A stretch of 64,000 nt of DNA. Source: an uncultured Acidobacteriota bacterium. Its GTDB lineage: Bacteria > Acidobacteriota > Thermoanaerobaculia > UBA5066. The notes beneath the pieces were generated by a model, which ran no database searches, was not told the origin of the DNA, and saw only the letters and a program-made list of their open reading frames with translations. Position numbers and translations under genes: made by a program. How positions within the stretch are numbered: position 1 is the first letter of the stretch; each line of letters opens with the position of its first letter. Location of the stretch: assembly GCA_963779415.1 (NCBI GenBank), contig CAVZYA010000001.1, forward strand, positions 1,440,001-1,504,000, written 5' to 3'. Below, in pieces: positions 1-11,567 of the stretch.

Positions 1-2
1 CA

Positions 3-761
3 AGTGCCTCGACGGGCCGGGATCCGACGCTTCTTCTCGGGCTCCTTTCGTTCGTGGCGATCTACGCGGTCTTCGCGATCACCGCACCGCTGAACATCGG
101 CCATCGGCACCTCCTGCCGCTCTACCCCCCTCTGGCCGTGCTCGCCGGAGCCTCCGTCTTCCTGTTCCGGGGCCGGTGGCGCCTGGTTCCGGCAGGCCTC
201 GTTCTCTGGCTCTCGGTGGTGACGCTTCGGACCCATCCCTTCTACCTCGGCTACTTCAACGAGTTCGTCGGAGGACCCCGGAACGGCTGGCGATGGCTGG
301 CGGACAGCAATCTGGACTGGGGCCAGGACCTGGGGCGCCTGGCCCGGTGGCTGAACGCCCGCGGGAATCCCGAGATCAAGCTTGCGTGGTTCGGCGTCGC
401 CGATCCGGTGGCGCTGGGAATCCGGTGCGAGGAGCTTCCCAGCTACGAGCACTTCTCCAGGCCGGCCGTGCTCGACGCCGGTCTCTACGTCGTCAGCGTC
501 AACCAGATGCTCGGCCTCTATCTCCCTCTCGTGCGCGACGTCTTCTGGGACAGCCCTGCCACTCGCGATTACTACGGAAGCCTCTGGAGGAAGGACCAGG
601 CCTCCGCCCTGCCGGACGAGGAGCGGCACCGCTTCGAGGATCTCCGGAAGGCGCGGCTTCTTCATGCCCTCAAGGGCCGGCCGCCCGACGACCGGATCGG
701 TTCGTCTCTCCTCGTCTTCCGCCTCTCGAAGGACGACGTCGACGGAATGCTGCGGCCCTGA
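3..761 (+). CDS. ArnT/PMT-like (GT-C) membrane glycosyltransferase, C-terminal part (5' partial)
   Basis: The frame is open from the window edge. Hydrophobic segments, 'LNIGHRHLLPLYP', 'YLGYFNEFVGG' and 'DSNLDWGQDL' are typical of this family. Confidence 0.7.
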   Translation, partial: SASTGRDPTLLLGLLSFVAIYAVFAITAPLNIGHRHLLPLYPPLAVLAGASVFLFRGRWRLVPAGLVLWLSVVTLRTHPFYLGYFNEFVGGPRNGWRWLADSNLDWGQDLGRLARWLNARGNPEIKLAWFGVADPVALGIRCEELPSYEHFSRPAVLDAGLYVVSVNQMLGLYLPLVRDVFWDSPATRDYYGSLWRKDQASALPDEERHRFEDLRKARLLHALKGRPPDDRIGSSLLVFRLSKDDVDGMLRP

Positions 762-782
762 GGCTGCAGCGATGCGGCCGGA

Positions 783-1526
783 TCACCGCACCCCCAGCGC
801 CTCCTCGACGATCTCCTTCAGCCGGCGGGAGTGCGGCCCCCACCAGAAGACCCGGCGGCAGGAGGCACAGGCGAGGAAGGTGTCGTAGTGAAGCCGTGTC
901 TCGGCCGGGATCCGGTCGAGAACGTCCTCCTTTCGGGTAGTGGCGAGGAGGCCGTTGCAGGCGAGACAGCGCGTGAACGGGGCGGCCGAGCGGACGAGGT
1001 CGAACCGCTCGACGACCTCGCGGAGCTGCCGGCGCGGATCGGTCGCGCGAACGGCGGCCGCGTGGGTCAGCTCGCGCCGCTTCAGGAGGCCGCGGTCCCG
1101 CGTCAGGAGGATTCTCGTTTCGGAGAGCGAGAGCGCGACGAGCCCCTCGTCGTCGGCCTCCCGGTCCCAGACGGCGTCGAAGCCGAGAAGGCGGAGCCGC
1201 CGTGCCAGCTTCCCGAGGTGGACGTCGAGGACGAAGCGGGGGTCCCGAAGGGGGCGCGGGCGAAGGCGGATGAGCGGCGAGACGTCCAGAGCCTCGAAGA
1301 GCGGAAAGACGCTCACGCGGTCACCATCCTCGAGGTGATGGTCGAATCCGACGGAGCGGCCATTGACGAGGATCATCTCGACCTCGGTGTGCGGCACGCC
1401 GCAGGCCTCGATCTGGTCCTTCACGGTCGGCGTGTCGAGAAAGCTCCGGACGAATTCCCGCTGCCTCACGCCGGCCGGGAGGAAGTCGTTCAGTTCGGCG
1501 TAGAAGCGAAAAGTGGCGTGGCGCAT
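783..1526 (-). CDS. Mut7-C ubiquitin-like/RNase domain protein (PIN-like + Zn ribbon)
   Basis: N-terminal 'FRFYAELNDFLP...GVPHTEV' ubiquitin-like domain, 'FVLDVHLGKLARRLRLLGFD', 'LLTRDRGL', and CLAC/CASC Zn ligands. Confidence 0.92.
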   Translation of the reverse strand: MRHATFRFYAELNDFLPAGVRQREFVRSFLDTPTVKDQIEACGVPHTEVEMILVNGRSVGFDHHLEDGDRVSVFPLFEALDVSPLIRLRPRPLRDPRFVLDVHLGKLARRLRLLGFDAVWDREADDEGLVALSLSETRILLTRDRGLLKRRELTHAAAVRATDPRRQLREVVERFDLVRSAAPFTRCLACNGLLATTRKEDVLDRIPAETRLHYDTFLACASCRRVFWWGPHSRRLKEIVEEALGVR

Positions 1527-1529
1527 CTC

Positions 1530-2372
1530 AGGCCGCCCTCACCCCCTGAACGTAGGTCCTCCGGGGCGGCTTGGCAACGGGCCAGCGCGGATCGCTCCGG
1601 AGGCGGCGGGCGGGGAGCGAGCGGCGACGTAGACGAGGAGAACGAGCGCGAAGATAGGCGATGTAGCGTGCGAGCTGCGACTGAGGCGGACCGTCAGGCG
1701 GGCAAGCGTCAAGTGTTCGGGGGGTCCCGAGCGCTGAGAGATGGCCTTTTGGCGAGGTAAAAGCGGTTGAGCCTCGAAGTAGGGAACGAATAGCCGGCGC
1801 GGTCAGGAGCCGTCATTGAGGTGCGGCGTGGCTATCGGGGGTCGCCTCGACCACGACGAAGGGGAGGAGTCGCACCGCGAGCACTCGCGCTCGGCTTCGA
1901 CGTCGATCTCAGGAAGTGGATGACCGGCGGCGCATGGGCCGCGCGAGTCGGCCAGCGTACGACTCCACGTCCGCTCGAAAACCGCGAAGCCGCGGGCCGA
2001 TGCGCGTCGCCGTCGCGACGTCGAGCGTGGAAAGTCCGGTGCCGGGACGTCGAAGAAGCGCCGCCGTCCGGGCCTCTCCCCGGCCGCCGCGCAGAGATTG
2101 ACGTCGCCCGGCCGGGCCGCTGCGAGCCGCGCAAGGCATGGACGTCGGGCTCGAGATTGATTCCTCGCCATCCGGCCACGTAGAAGGACCGCGCACGGAG
2201 TCGACGTCCGGCTCCTGGGCGCCGACGTCGACGTAGAAGCCGGACGAGACATCGCGAAGAACCCGGTGGAGGATGACGTCCTCGAGGTTCTGGGCGTGGC
2301 TGATGAATCGCGGACCGGCGTCCAGATCTCCGAGACCCGCCCCCGGTTGAGGTCGGCGGCCGACGCGTTCAC
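1530..2372 (-). pseudogene. FkbM-family methyltransferase, multiply frameshifted (pseudogene or sequencing error)
   Basis: Motifs lie in different frames: 'FISHAQNLEDVILHRVL..GFYVDVGAQEP', 'GWRGINLEP', 'GLSTLD', 'IHFL/EIDVE', 'YF(E)..NRFYLA'. GTG 2372 overlaps the stop of the upstream glycosyltransferase. The 3' end is approximate. Confidence 0.75.
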
Positions 2373-3658
2373 ACGACCCCCTCGCGCGGCGTCCACCGTC
2401 CGCTCCACTCCCGGTCCTCGAGCAGCCGACGCAGACGGGCGGCGCTCTCGGCCCAGGTGAGGCGAAGGGCCGTGGAGGGGGAGAGCGACTCGCGCGCGCC
2501 TGCCCTGCCATCTCGAGGCCGACGGTGAGACTCGGCGCGTTCGCCGGAGAAATAGAGGGCGTCGGACCCGACGGTCTCGCGGTGGATCGGGATGTCGCGG
2601 AGGATCAGAGGGAGGCCCTCGCGCGCCGCCTCGAGCGCCGGAAGGCCGAAGCCCTCGGCGAGCGACGCATTGAGCAGAGCCGAGCTTTCGCGGTAGAGGC
2701 GCAGAAGCGCCCCGCCGGAGAGCTGCGGAAACCAGAAGAGACGGCGGTCCCGCTCGGCGTGGTTCTCAATCCGCGTTCTCAGAGCGGAGTCCGGATCCCC
2801 CGCATCCCCGACGGCCACGAGCGCAGGTCGGCGCCCCCGCTCCAGAGCCGCTCGAAGGCGTCCAGGACCTGCCCGTGTCCCTTGAAAGGATAGATCTGCG
2901 CGACCATGAGGATCGAGGGGCCGAGCGCGGCGAGCCGGTCCAGCGCGGCGGTCTCCGGGCCGAGCAGGGCTCGGGCGCGGTCCGCGCGCCATCCGTTCCG
3001 AGATGGAAGTGGCCGACCGGAAGGGGGCGCCGCCGCTGGGCCGGGTGCGCCTCGAGCCATTCCGCCAACCGGTTCCTCGTCGTCCGGGAGTTACAGACGA
3101 TCCCGTCGCACTCCCGGCAGATCGCGGCGAGCCATCCGGCGAAGTAGCCCGGCGTACCCGGCGGGAAGCGGTAGCTCCCGGGATGGTCGATCGGATGCAG
3201 ATCGTGGACGAGAGCGAAGACCTCGCTACCGCGTGCGCGCGCGCCGCGGATGCGGGCCACGAGGTCGTCCACGGCAGGTGAAAGGCGCTCCGGTCGAGGC
3301 CGAGCATCAGGACCCGGTCTCCGCGCCCCGCCCGGATCCGCTCCGGCGCCCCCAAGGGAGGCGCGCCGCCGAAGAGCGCCGCCGAGAAGTCCTCGGCCGA
3401 GCGGAAGCCGGCGCCCGCAGTCCGGACGGGCCGTACGAGGAGATCGGCGCCCGCCGAGAGGGTCAGGTGGCGTGTCAGCTCCCGGACCGCGCGGCCGATC
3501 CCGCCGCTCACGCCCTCGGCCGGCACGTCGGCGACGTCGAGGAGTAGGCGCCGCCTCCGGTCGAAGAGCGCCCGGACCCGCCGCCGGAGTCGGTCGCCCA
3601 GCGGCGCGCGGCGAACCGCGCCGGTCTCTCCGGCGGTGGAGGCGACATGGGATCTCAT
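2369..3658 (-). pseudogene. GT4 (glycosyl transferase group 1) surface-polysaccharide glycosyltransferase, at least 3 frameshifts
   Basis: Segments in different frames: 'LLLDVAD..GGIGRAVREL', 'VHDLHPI..CDGIVCNSRTT..GHFHLGTD', 'LMVAQIYPFKGHGQVLDAFERLW', and 'ASLAEGFGLPALEA' (E-x7-E). Confidence 0.8.
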
Positions 3659-3779
3659 TCGTCTGACTCGAGCCGCGTCCGAACGGTCCGATCATGCCGC
3701 GTTCCGCCGGATCCCGCTCGGGTCGAGCCTGGAAATCCATGGGGAAGGGCGGGAGGAGGGCCTCGAAGGGGCCCGTTCT

Positions 3780-3798
3780 GAGAATTGATCGCATTCTC
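3780..3798. promoter_or_regulatory. Inverted repeat GAGAAT-N7-ATTCTC upstream of the DinB-family gene
   Basis: Seen directly in the divergent intergenic region. Function is inferred. Confidence 0.3.
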
Positions 3799-3845
3799 TG
3801 GCGCCGGACCCCCGGGCTTCTCCTTCCAATGAAAGGGGGGGACCG

Positions 3846-4331
3846 ATGAGCTCCCGCGAACATTTCGTCACGTGCCTCAAGAACGAGATCCCCATCTTCG
3901 TCCGCGTCTTCAAGGCGGTGCCGGCGGATCAGCTGGCCTACCGCCCGCATCCGCGATCGACCTCGGCGGGGGACCTCGTCTGGCTCCTGGCCGGGGAGCT
4001 GCACGACGCGTGCGTCCTCGCCGAGAAGCACGAGGTGAGCTTCGCCCTCGGCCCGGCGCCGAAGTCGGTCGGCGAGATGGTGGCCGCCTACGAGAAGAAC
4101 GCCGCCGACCTGGAGAAGAAGCTCGCGAAGCTGGACGACGCGGCATGGGCGAAGAAGGCGAAGTTCCTCGTGGAGGGAAACGTCGCGTGGGAGGCCCCGC
4201 TCGGCGACATGCTCTGGGGCTTCCTCTTCGACGCGATCCACCACCGGGGCCAGCTCTCGGCGTACCTACGGCCCATGGGTGGAAAGGTCCCGTCGATCTA
4301 CGGGCCCTCGGCGGACGACCCGGGTCACTGA
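3846..4331 (+). CDS. DinB family protein
   Basis: 'LAYRPHPRSTSAGDLVW' and 'IHHRGQLSAYLRPMGGKVPSIYGPSAD'; purine-rich RBS. Confidence 0.9.
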   Translation: MSSREHFVTCLKNEIPIFVRVFKAVPADQLAYRPHPRSTSAGDLVWLLAGELHDACVLAEKHEVSFALGPAPKSVGEMVAAYEKNAADLEKKLAKLDDAAWAKKAKFLVEGNVAWEAPLGDMLWGFLFDAIHHRGQLSAYLRPMGGKVPSIYGPSADDPGH

Positions 4332-4360
4332 GAAGCCGGGCTTCGCACTAGACTCGGGGC

Positions 4361-6823
4361 GTGAACAGCTTCAGCGGCCTTCTCCTCGCCGCCGTCGTCT
4401 CGGTCCGGGCTGCCGCTCTCGCTCCCCTTCCCGCCGCTTCCCCCGCAGCCGCGGGGATGTCCGCGGAGCGCCTCGCGCGGATCGACGCCGTCATGGAGGA
4501 GTCGATCGCGAGGAAGGAGTGTCCGGGCGCCGTCGTCCTCGTGGGGCGGCGGGGAAAGGTCGTCTTCCGCAAGGCGTACGGGAACCGGGCGATCGTCCCC
4601 GCCGTCGAGGCGATGACGGCCGACACCGTCTTCGACATGGCCTCGCTCACGAAGCCGCTCGCGACGGCGACGAGCGTCATGATCCTGATCGAAGAGGGGA
4701 AGCTCCGCCTCGCCGACCGGGTCGCGAAGCTCCTCCCCGCGTTCGCTTCGGGCGGCGGCGCTCGCGACCAGGTCACGGTGGAGGAACTCCTGACGCATCG
4801 GGCAGGGCTCGCCCCCGACGACCCGATGGCGCTCTACGTCGGGACCCCTGCGGAGATCTTCGAAAGGAAATACAGACAGCCTCTCGCCCAGGCGCCGGGC
4901 GCGCGCTTCGTCTATTCGGACGCGGGATTCGAGGTGCTCGGCGAGATCGTCCGGAAGCTCTCCGGCCTCCCCCTCGACGAATTCGCGCGTCAGCGGATCT
5001 ACGTTCCCCTCGGGATGACAGAGACGGAGTTCCGTCCCGGCGGCAAGAGGCCGCATCCCTCTCGCGCGGATCGCCCCGACCGAGCGGATCAACGGCGAGG
5101 TCCGCCGCGGCGCCGTTCACGACCCGCGTGCGTACGCCCTCGGCGGAGTCGCCGGCCACGCGGGGCTCTTCTCGACGGCCGACGACGTGGCCCGCTTCGC
5201 CGCCGCGATGCTGAAGGGAGGAGCGCCCGTCCTCTCGCCGGCGGGCGTCGCCGCGATGACCCGTCCCCGCTCGTACGGCGACGGCGATCTCCGCGCTCTC
5301 GGCTGGGACGTCGAGACGCACTACGCGTCGAACCGCGGCGACCTCTTCCCGCCGGGCTCGTACGGCCATACGGGCTGGACCGGGACGTCGCTCTGGATCG
5401 ACCCGGCGACACGGACGTTCGTGATCATCCTCTCGAACCGGAACCATCCGGACGAGTCGGGCAACGTCGTGGCCCTCCGCGGAAGGATCGCCTCCATCGT
5501 CGCCTCGGCGATCACGGACGTGAAAGTGGAAGTCCTGCGGGAGGCTTCGGAAGAGACGACGCTGCTGGCGGCGGTCGGCGCCGCGCGGGCGGCTCCGGGG
5601 AGCACGAACGCGCCTTCGGCGCGTGCCTCGAATGAGAAAGAGGGGGCGGCCGCGCCGGCCCGCGTCGTGGGGCAGGTCCGGCCGGCGATCGACGTCCTCG
5701 AAGAGAACGTCCTTCGAGGCTCTCAAAGGCCGGAAGCGTCGCCCTGCTGACGAATCAGACCGGGCTCGACCCGCGACGGCCGGTCCACCATCGACGTCCT
5801 CAACTCGCCCGAAGGCCCGAGCCGCGGGGGTGACGCTCGTCCGCCTCTTCGCCCCGGAGCACGGGATCCGTGGCGCGCTGGACGAGAAGGTCTCCGACTC
5901 CGTCGACGAGAAGACGGGGCTCCCCGTCCGCTCCCTCTACGGCGACACGAGAGAGTCGCAGCGTCCGAAGCCGGAGGATCTCGCCGGCCTCGACGCCGTC
6001 GTCGTCGACCTTCAGGACGCCGGGACGCCGCTTCTACACCTACCTGACGACGATGGGCTACGTGATGGAGGAGGCGGCAAAGGCGAAGGTGAAGGTCGTC
6101 GTCCTCGACCGGCCGGATCCGATCACGGCCGGGAAGCCCGAAGGCCCGCTCGCCGACCTGGACAAGCTCTCGTTCACCGCCTTCCACGCGATTCCGGTCC
6201 GGACCGGGATGACGATCGGCGAGCTGGCGCGCCTCTTCAACGCGGAGCGGAAGATCGGCGCCGACCTCGCCGTCGTGAAGATGGAGAACTACTCGCGCGA
6301 CCTCTGGTACGACGAGACCGGTCTTCCGTGGGTGAACCCCTCGCCGAACCTCCGCTCGGTCACCGGGGCCGCCCTCTACCCCGGCGTGGGGCTTCTCGAG
6401 GCGACGAACGTCTCCGTCGGGCGCGGGACCGACTCGCCCTTCGAGCTGGTCGGCGCCCCCTGGATGGACGGCCTCCGGATGGCCGCCACGCTGAACGCCC
6501 GCGGAATCGCCGGCGTCCGCTTCACGCCGGTCCGCTTCACCCCGGCGTCCTCGGTCCACAAGGGAGTCGATTGCAGCGGCGTCCGGATCACCCTCGTCGA
6601 CCGGAAGGCCCTCGACGCCGTGGCGCTCGGGATTCACCTGATGACCGCCCTCCGCGACCTTCACCCGAAGGAGTGGGACGCCACGAACGCGAACCGCCTC
6701 CTCGCCTCCACGGCCGCCATGACGCGGCTCGGCCGGGGAGATACCGCGGCCGAGATCGTGGGCGGATGGACCGCGTCGGTGATGGAGTTCGAGCAGCGCC
6801 GGGCGGCGTACCTCATCTACTGA
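4361..6823 (+). pseudogene. Secreted serine hydrolase (beta-lactamase family) fused to exo-beta-N-acetylmuramidase NamZ/DUF1343; several frameshifts, probably sequencing error
   Basis: Signal peptide, SxxK 'ASLTKP', 'YSD' and 'GHTGWTG', then NamZ motifs 'LLTNQTG', 'LFAPEHG', 'DLQDAGT/RFYTY', 'GMTIGELA', 'WVNPSPN' and 'SVGRGT'. Frame switches near 5050, 5710-5810 and 6025. Confidence 0.85.
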
Positions 6824-6969
6824 GCCGCCGTCCCGTCCCTCTCCGTAGTGGGCGGGAATCCGGCGTCCGGCCTACCGAGGGCGGGACATCTGCATCCTTG
6901 CGCCGGCGGAACTCGCGGCCTAGCTTCTCCGTAGAACGAAGGGGCGCTGCCCCGCCGAACGTGGGAACG

Positions 6970-9135
6970 ATGAGCGTCGAGACCGCCGCACCCTCCCGGG
7001 TCGGGACGAGGATCTCCCACTACGAGATCGAGGAGCTGATCGGCTCGGGCGGGATGGGCGTCGTCTACCGTGCGACGGACCTCCGTCTCGAACGCCGCGT
7101 CGCCCTGAAGTTCCTCCGCCCGGTCTCGGACCTCGGCGTCCGCCAGCGGTTCCTTCGCGAGGCGCGCGCCGCCTCCTCCCTGGACCATCCGAACGTCTGC
7201 ACGATCTTCGAGGTGGACGAGACCCCGGAGGGTGAGGTCTTTCTCGCGATGGCGTACTACGAAGGCGAGACGCTGGACCGCGTCATCGCCCGCGGGCCGC
7301 TCGAGATCCCGCGTGCCGTCGCGATCGCCGTCCAGGCGGGACGCGGCCTCGCGGCGGCCCACGAGGAGCTGATCCTCCATCGCGACGTGAAGCCCGGGAA
7401 CCTGATGCTGACGAAGGGCGACACCGTGAAGATCCTCGATTTCGGCGTCGCCAAGCTCCTCGCCGATCCACGGACGACGGCCCGCGGGCAGGTCGTCGGG
7501 ACGCCCGTCTACATGTCCCCCGAGCAGCTCTGCGACCAGCCGGTCGATCAGCGATGCGACGTCTGGTCCCTCGGCGTCGTCCTCTACGAGATGCTCTCCG
7601 GCGTCCCGCCCTTCCGGGGCGAGACGGCCGCGAGCGTCATCCAGGCCGTCCTGAACGACAGGCCGATCCGCCTCCCGGCGATCCGGGACGGGATTCCCGA
7701 TCGGCTCGACCGGATCGTCCAGACCGCCCTCGCGAAAAACCCTCGCGCCCGCTTCGAGCGGATGGACGCGATGGTGCGCGAGCTCCTCGAGTTCCGGTCC
7801 CTCCTCGACACCGGCGCCATCACCGCCACCCTGCCGGCCCGGCCCTACCGGACCTCCGTCGCCGTCCTCCCCTTCGAGGACATGAGCCCCGGACGGGACC
7901 AGGGCTACCTCTGCGACGGGATCGCGGAGGAGATCCTCCGCGCCCTCGGCCGCGTCCCCGAGCTCTACGTCGCCTCGCGGACGTCGGCATTCCAGTTCAA
8001 GAACCGGGCCGCCGACATCCGCGAGGTCGGCGCGCGCCTGAACGTCGACCACATTCTCGAAGGGAGCGTCCGCCGTGCGGGGGACCGCGTCCGGATCTCG
8101 GCTCAGCTCGTCAGCGTCGGGAGCGGTTACCGCCTCTGGGACGAGCGCTTCGAGCGCGACATGAAGGACATCTTCGCCGTAGAGGACGAGATCGCCGAGC
8201 AGATCGCTCACGCCCTGAAGGTGACGCTCGGCGCCGTGGACGGCCGGCCCGGCGCCGCGGCCGCGACCACGGCCGCCGAAGCGTACGAGCTCTTCCTCCA
8301 GGGGCGCCAGTTCTTCCACCAGCACCGCCGAAAGGCCTTCGAGATCGCGCTCCAGTCGTTCTCGCGGGCGATCGAGCTCGACCCGAGCTACGCCCGCGCC
8401 TACGCGGGGATCGCCGACTGCCTCTCGTTCCTCCACCTCTACTTCCGCAAGGGGCCCGAGGCGGTGAAGGCCGCGGACGCGGCGAGCGCGAAGGCGCTGG
8501 AGCTGGACCCGGAGCTGCCGGACGCGCACGCGGCGCGGGGGCTCGCGCTCTTCGTCCGCGGCGATCTTCCCGAAGCGGAGCGGCACCTGGCCCGGGCGAT
8601 CGAGCTCGACCCGCGTCTCTACCACCCGCACTACATCTCCGGGCGCGTCGCGTTCTCCCAGGGGCGTGTGGCCGAGGCCGCCGAACACTTCCGGAAGGCC
8701 TGCTCGATCGTCTCCGAGGCCTACGACTCGTGGTACCTGCTCGGAATGTGCTGGCGGCGGCTCGGCGAGGCCGAGAAGGCGCGCAGCGCGAACCTCGAGT
8801 GCATCGAGGCCGTCAAGCAGCGGGTACGGATCCACCCCGACGACACGCGCGCCTGGACGATGGGCGCCGCGGTCCTCGCCGAGCTGGGCGAGCCGGACCG
8901 CGCGGCCGACTGGGTGGCCCGTGCACTCGCGGTCGACGCGGACGAGCCGATCATCGAGTACAACGCCGCCTGCGTTTACGTCGGGCTCGGGCGGCACGAG
9001 GAGGCGATCTCCTGCCTCGAAGCCTCCCTCGGCCAGGGCGGGCTCTCGGCCGACTGGGCCACGAACGATCCGGATCTCGACCCGCTCCGGAGCCATCCGC
9101 GGTTCCAGGCTCTCCTCGCGAAGGTCGGCGGCTGA
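6970..9135 (+). CDS. Ser/Thr protein kinase with TolB-like and TPR domains (no transmembrane segment)
   Basis: [21 protein letters not shown] and GTPVYMSPE; '[11 protein letters not shown]' TolB-like box; TPRs. The real start is ATG 6970 inside the tracked 5623 ORF. Confidence 0.93.
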   Translation: MSVETAAPSRVGTRISHYEIEELIGSGGMGVVYRATDLRLERRVALKFLRPVSDLGVRQRFLREARAASSLDHPNVCTIFEVDETPEGEVFLAMAYYEGETLDRVIARGPLEIPRAVAIAVQAGRGLAAAHEELILHRDVKPGNLMLTKGDTVKILDFGVAKLLADPRTTARGQVVGTPVYMSPEQLCDQPVDQRCDVWSLGVVLYEMLSGVPPFRGETAASVIQAVLNDRPIRLPAIRDGIPDRLDRIVQTALAKNPRARFERMDAMVRELLEFRSLLDTGAITATLPARPYRTSVAVLPFEDMSPGRDQGYLCDGIAEEILRALGRVPELYVASRTSAFQFKNRAADIREVGARLNVDHILEGSVRRAGDRVRISAQLVSVGSGYRLWDERFERDMKDIFAVEDEIAEQIAHALKVTLGAVDGRPGAAAATTAAEAYELFLQGRQFFHQHRRKAFEIALQSFSRAIELDPSYARAYAGIADCLSFLHLYFRKGPEAVKAADAASAKALELDPELPDAHAARGLALFVRGDLPEAERHLARAIELDPRLYHPHYISGRVAFSQGRVAEAAEHFRKACSIVSEAYDSWYLLGMCWRRLGEAEKARSANLECIEAVKQRVRIHPDDTRAWTMGAAVLAELGEPDRAADWVARALAVDADEPIIEYNAACVYVGLGRHEEAISCLEASLGQGGLSADWATNDPDLDPLRSHPRFQALLAKVGG

Positions 9136-9166
9136 CCGGGGGCGTCTCCGTTACTTCGCGGTCCGG

Positions 9167-11545
9167 TCACCCCTTCGGGAAGTTCATCCGGCTCCGGAAC
9201 TCCTGCCACCGCGGGTCGGTCCGCCAGGGAAAGTCCGCATCCATCAGCTGCATGTTCCAGGGGAGGAATATGTGGTGATACTCGAACGCAGCCGCGAGGT
9301 CGCGGAACGTTTCTTCCCTGTCTCCGAGAATCATGTGGATCTGGAAAAGCCAGAAGGCGTATCTGGGGTAGTCCTCGCGCTCCATCTCGGCCACGAGCTT
9401 CAGCGCCTCGTCCCTCCGTCCGGCCACGGCGTACGACCCGGCGAGGTTGAACTTCCAGTCGGGGCTCACGGCCATCAGCCTCTTCCCGGTCTCGATGGCC
9501 TCGTCGAACATCTTCTTCCCTTCGTAGGCGCCCTCGAGGACGTTGAGCGCGCTCACGGAGGTCGGCTCGAGCTCGAGCGCCTTGCGGGCCCACACGATGG
9601 CCTCGTCGAGCTGCCCGAAATTCAGGTAGAGCCAGCCGACGTTCGCGGTGTATTCGGCCGTGAGGGGATCCAGCTCCACCGCCTTCTTCAGTTCGGTCAT
9701 GGCCTCTTCGTTCCGGCCGAAGAGGTGGTGGACCCAGCCGTAGTGAAAGTGAGCCTCGACAAAGTTCGGATTCAGCTCCAGGGCGCGCTTGAACTCCCGG
9801 TCCCCGCCGGCCCAGTCCCAGTCGAAATACGTCTTGACGGCCGCGAGAGCCAAGTGGGCATGGGCCGACCTTTCGTCCAATTCGAGGGCCTTGAGGGCGG
9901 CCGCCCGCGCGCGCGGGAAGCCTTCCTTCGGAGGGACGAATCCGGTCACGGCTGCGCCGTGGTAGACGATCGGGTAAGCGAGCGCGAGGCCGGCGTACGG
10001 AAGCGGATCGGTCGGGTCGAGGTAGGCCGCCCTCTGGAGGATCGCCATCCCCTTTTCGAACCCTTCGGGCGTCTTCTTCCAGAGCTGGGCCATCCCCTTC
10101 AGGTATGCGTCGTAGCTCTCGGGGTTGACTGTCCGCGCCCGGGAGAGGCGGGTCTTCTCCTCGGGCGTCAGGTGCAGCTTCACCTCGCGCGTGATGGCGG
10201 TGACGATCTCGTTCTCGAGCGAGAGGATGTCCTTGAGAGGGCGCTCGTAGCTCGAGGCCCAGACCTGCGCCTCGGTCTTCGGATTGATGAGCTGGGCGGT
10301 GACCCTCACCCGGTCCCCCGACCGGAGTACCGCTCCGGTGATCAGCCCGGCCACCTTCAGCTCCTCTGCGACGGTCCGCAAGGCCGCGGTCGTCCCCTTG
10401 AAGCGGAGGACGGAGCCCCGCGCCACCACCCGTTTCAGCCCCGTGAGCCGGGAGAGATCGGTGATCAACGCGTCGTGAATTCCGTCCGCCAGGTACCCCT
10501 GCTCAGCGTCCCCCGAGAGGTTCTCCAGCGGCAGGACGGCCAGCGAGTCGATGCCGGACATCGCCCCGCCGCCGAAGAGCCGGTTCTTGAGGCCGAAGGC
10601 GTTCAGCCCCACGAGCAAGGCGACGGCCGCCACCAGCGCCGCCGCAAAGAGAAGCCACGGACGGCGCAGCAGCGATTGCCCGAGCGTGGGCCACGGCGAG
10701 ATCGCCCGTCCCGATTGCACCGTCTCCAGCGCCGCCCGGACCTCACTCCCCCTCTGGTAGCGCGCGCCGGGCTCCTTGGCGAGGCACCGCTCGATCACGC
10801 CCTTGAGCTCGCCCGGCACCGAAGCCGGCAGCGGCCGGGGCGGCTGGCCGAGAATCTCCGAACTCAGCTCGAAGCCCGTGTTGCCCTGAAAGGGCCGCTT
10901 CCCGGCGGCCATCTCGTAGAGAACGACTCCGAGCGCCCAGACGTCGCTTCTCTCGTCGGCCGGAAGGCCCCGGAACTGCTCGGGTGCCATGTACGCCGGC
11001 GTCCCGGCGATCGTCCCCGCCTCGGTCAGGGTGGCACGAGAGAGCGTGGTGGCGTCCTCGGCCTGCTTCAGGCTGACCTTCTTCGCCAGCCCGAAGTCGA
11101 GCACCTTGATCCGCCCCTCCGGAGTCACGATCACGTTGGCGCTCTTGAAGTCCCGGTGGACCACCCCGTGCTCGTGAGCGTGCGCCAGCGCGTCGGCCAG
11201 CTGCTGGCCGAATCGAAGGACCTCCTCGGCCGACATGGCGTGGCCCGAGAGCCGCTCGGCCAGCGTCTCCCCGCTCACGAGCTCCATGGCGACGAAGATC
11301 TGCCCGCCTGCCTCGCCCACCTCGTGGATCGTGCAGACGTTCGGATGGTTCAGCTTGGAGGCGAGCCGCGCCTCGCGCAGCAGCCGCGCCCTCGCCGTCT
11401 CGTCGGCCATGGCATCGGCCGGGAGAACCTTGAGAGCCACGTCCCGCTCGAGCCGCGTGTCTCGCGCCCGCCAGACCTCACCCATCCCCCCGGCCCCGAT
11501 CCGGGCCACGATCTCGTAAGGACCAAGACGATCGCCCGGCTCCAT
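9167..11545 (-). CDS. Membrane Ser/Thr protein kinase with TolB-like and TPR domains
   Basis: GAGGMG, HRDFKSAN, DFG and YMAPE; TM helix 'WLLFAAALVAAVALLVGL'; 'SLAVLPLENLS'; TPRs. Confidence 0.93.
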   Translation of the reverse strand: MEPGDRLGPYEIVARIGAGGMGEVWRARDTRLERDVALKVLPADAMADETARARLLREARLASKLNHPNVCTIHEVGEAGGQIFVAMELVSGETLAERLSGHAMSAEEVLRFGQQLADALAHAHEHGVVHRDFKSANVIVTPEGRIKVLDFGLAKKVSLKQAEDATTLSRATLTEAGTIAGTPAYMAPEQFRGLPADERSDVWALGVVLYEMAAGKRPFQGNTGFELSSEILGQPPRPLPASVPGELKGVIERCLAKEPGARYQRGSEVRAALETVQSGRAISPWPTLGQSLLRRPWLLFAAALVAAVALLVGLNAFGLKNRLFGGGAMSGIDSLAVLPLENLSGDAEQGYLADGIHDALITDLSRLTGLKRVVARGSVLRFKGTTAALRTVAEELKVAGLITGAVLRSGDRVRVTAQLINPKTEAQVWASSYERPLKDILSLENEIVTAITREVKLHLTPEEKTRLSRARTVNPESYDAYLKGMAQLWKKTPEGFEKGMAILQRAAYLDPTDPLPYAGLALAYPIVYHGAAVTGFVPPKEGFPRARAAALKALELDERSAHAHLALAAVKTYFDWDWAGGDREFKRALELNPNFVEAHFHYGWVHHLFGRNEEAMTELKKAVELDPLTAEYTANVGWLYLNFGQLDEAIVWARKALELEPTSVSALNVLEGAYEGKKMFDEAIETGKRLMAVSPDWKFNLAGSYAVAGRRDEALKLVAEMEREDYPRYAFWLFQIHMILGDREETFRDLAAAFEYHHIFLPWNMQLMDADFPWRTDPRWQEFRSRMNFPKG

Positions 11546-11567
11546 TATCCTCGTCTACCTTGAAGAC

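Noticed and set aside
783-1526. Mut7-C, CPBP/Abi and VapC genes as a defence island
   Set aside because: They are dispersed over 55 kb among housekeeping-type genes, with no clustering or mobility signal.
5623-9135. 1170-aa ORF suggesting a NamZ-kinase fusion
   Set aside because: The N-terminal part is a frameshifted piece of NamZ plus off-frame text. NamZ ends at its own stop (6823) and the kinase starts at 6970.
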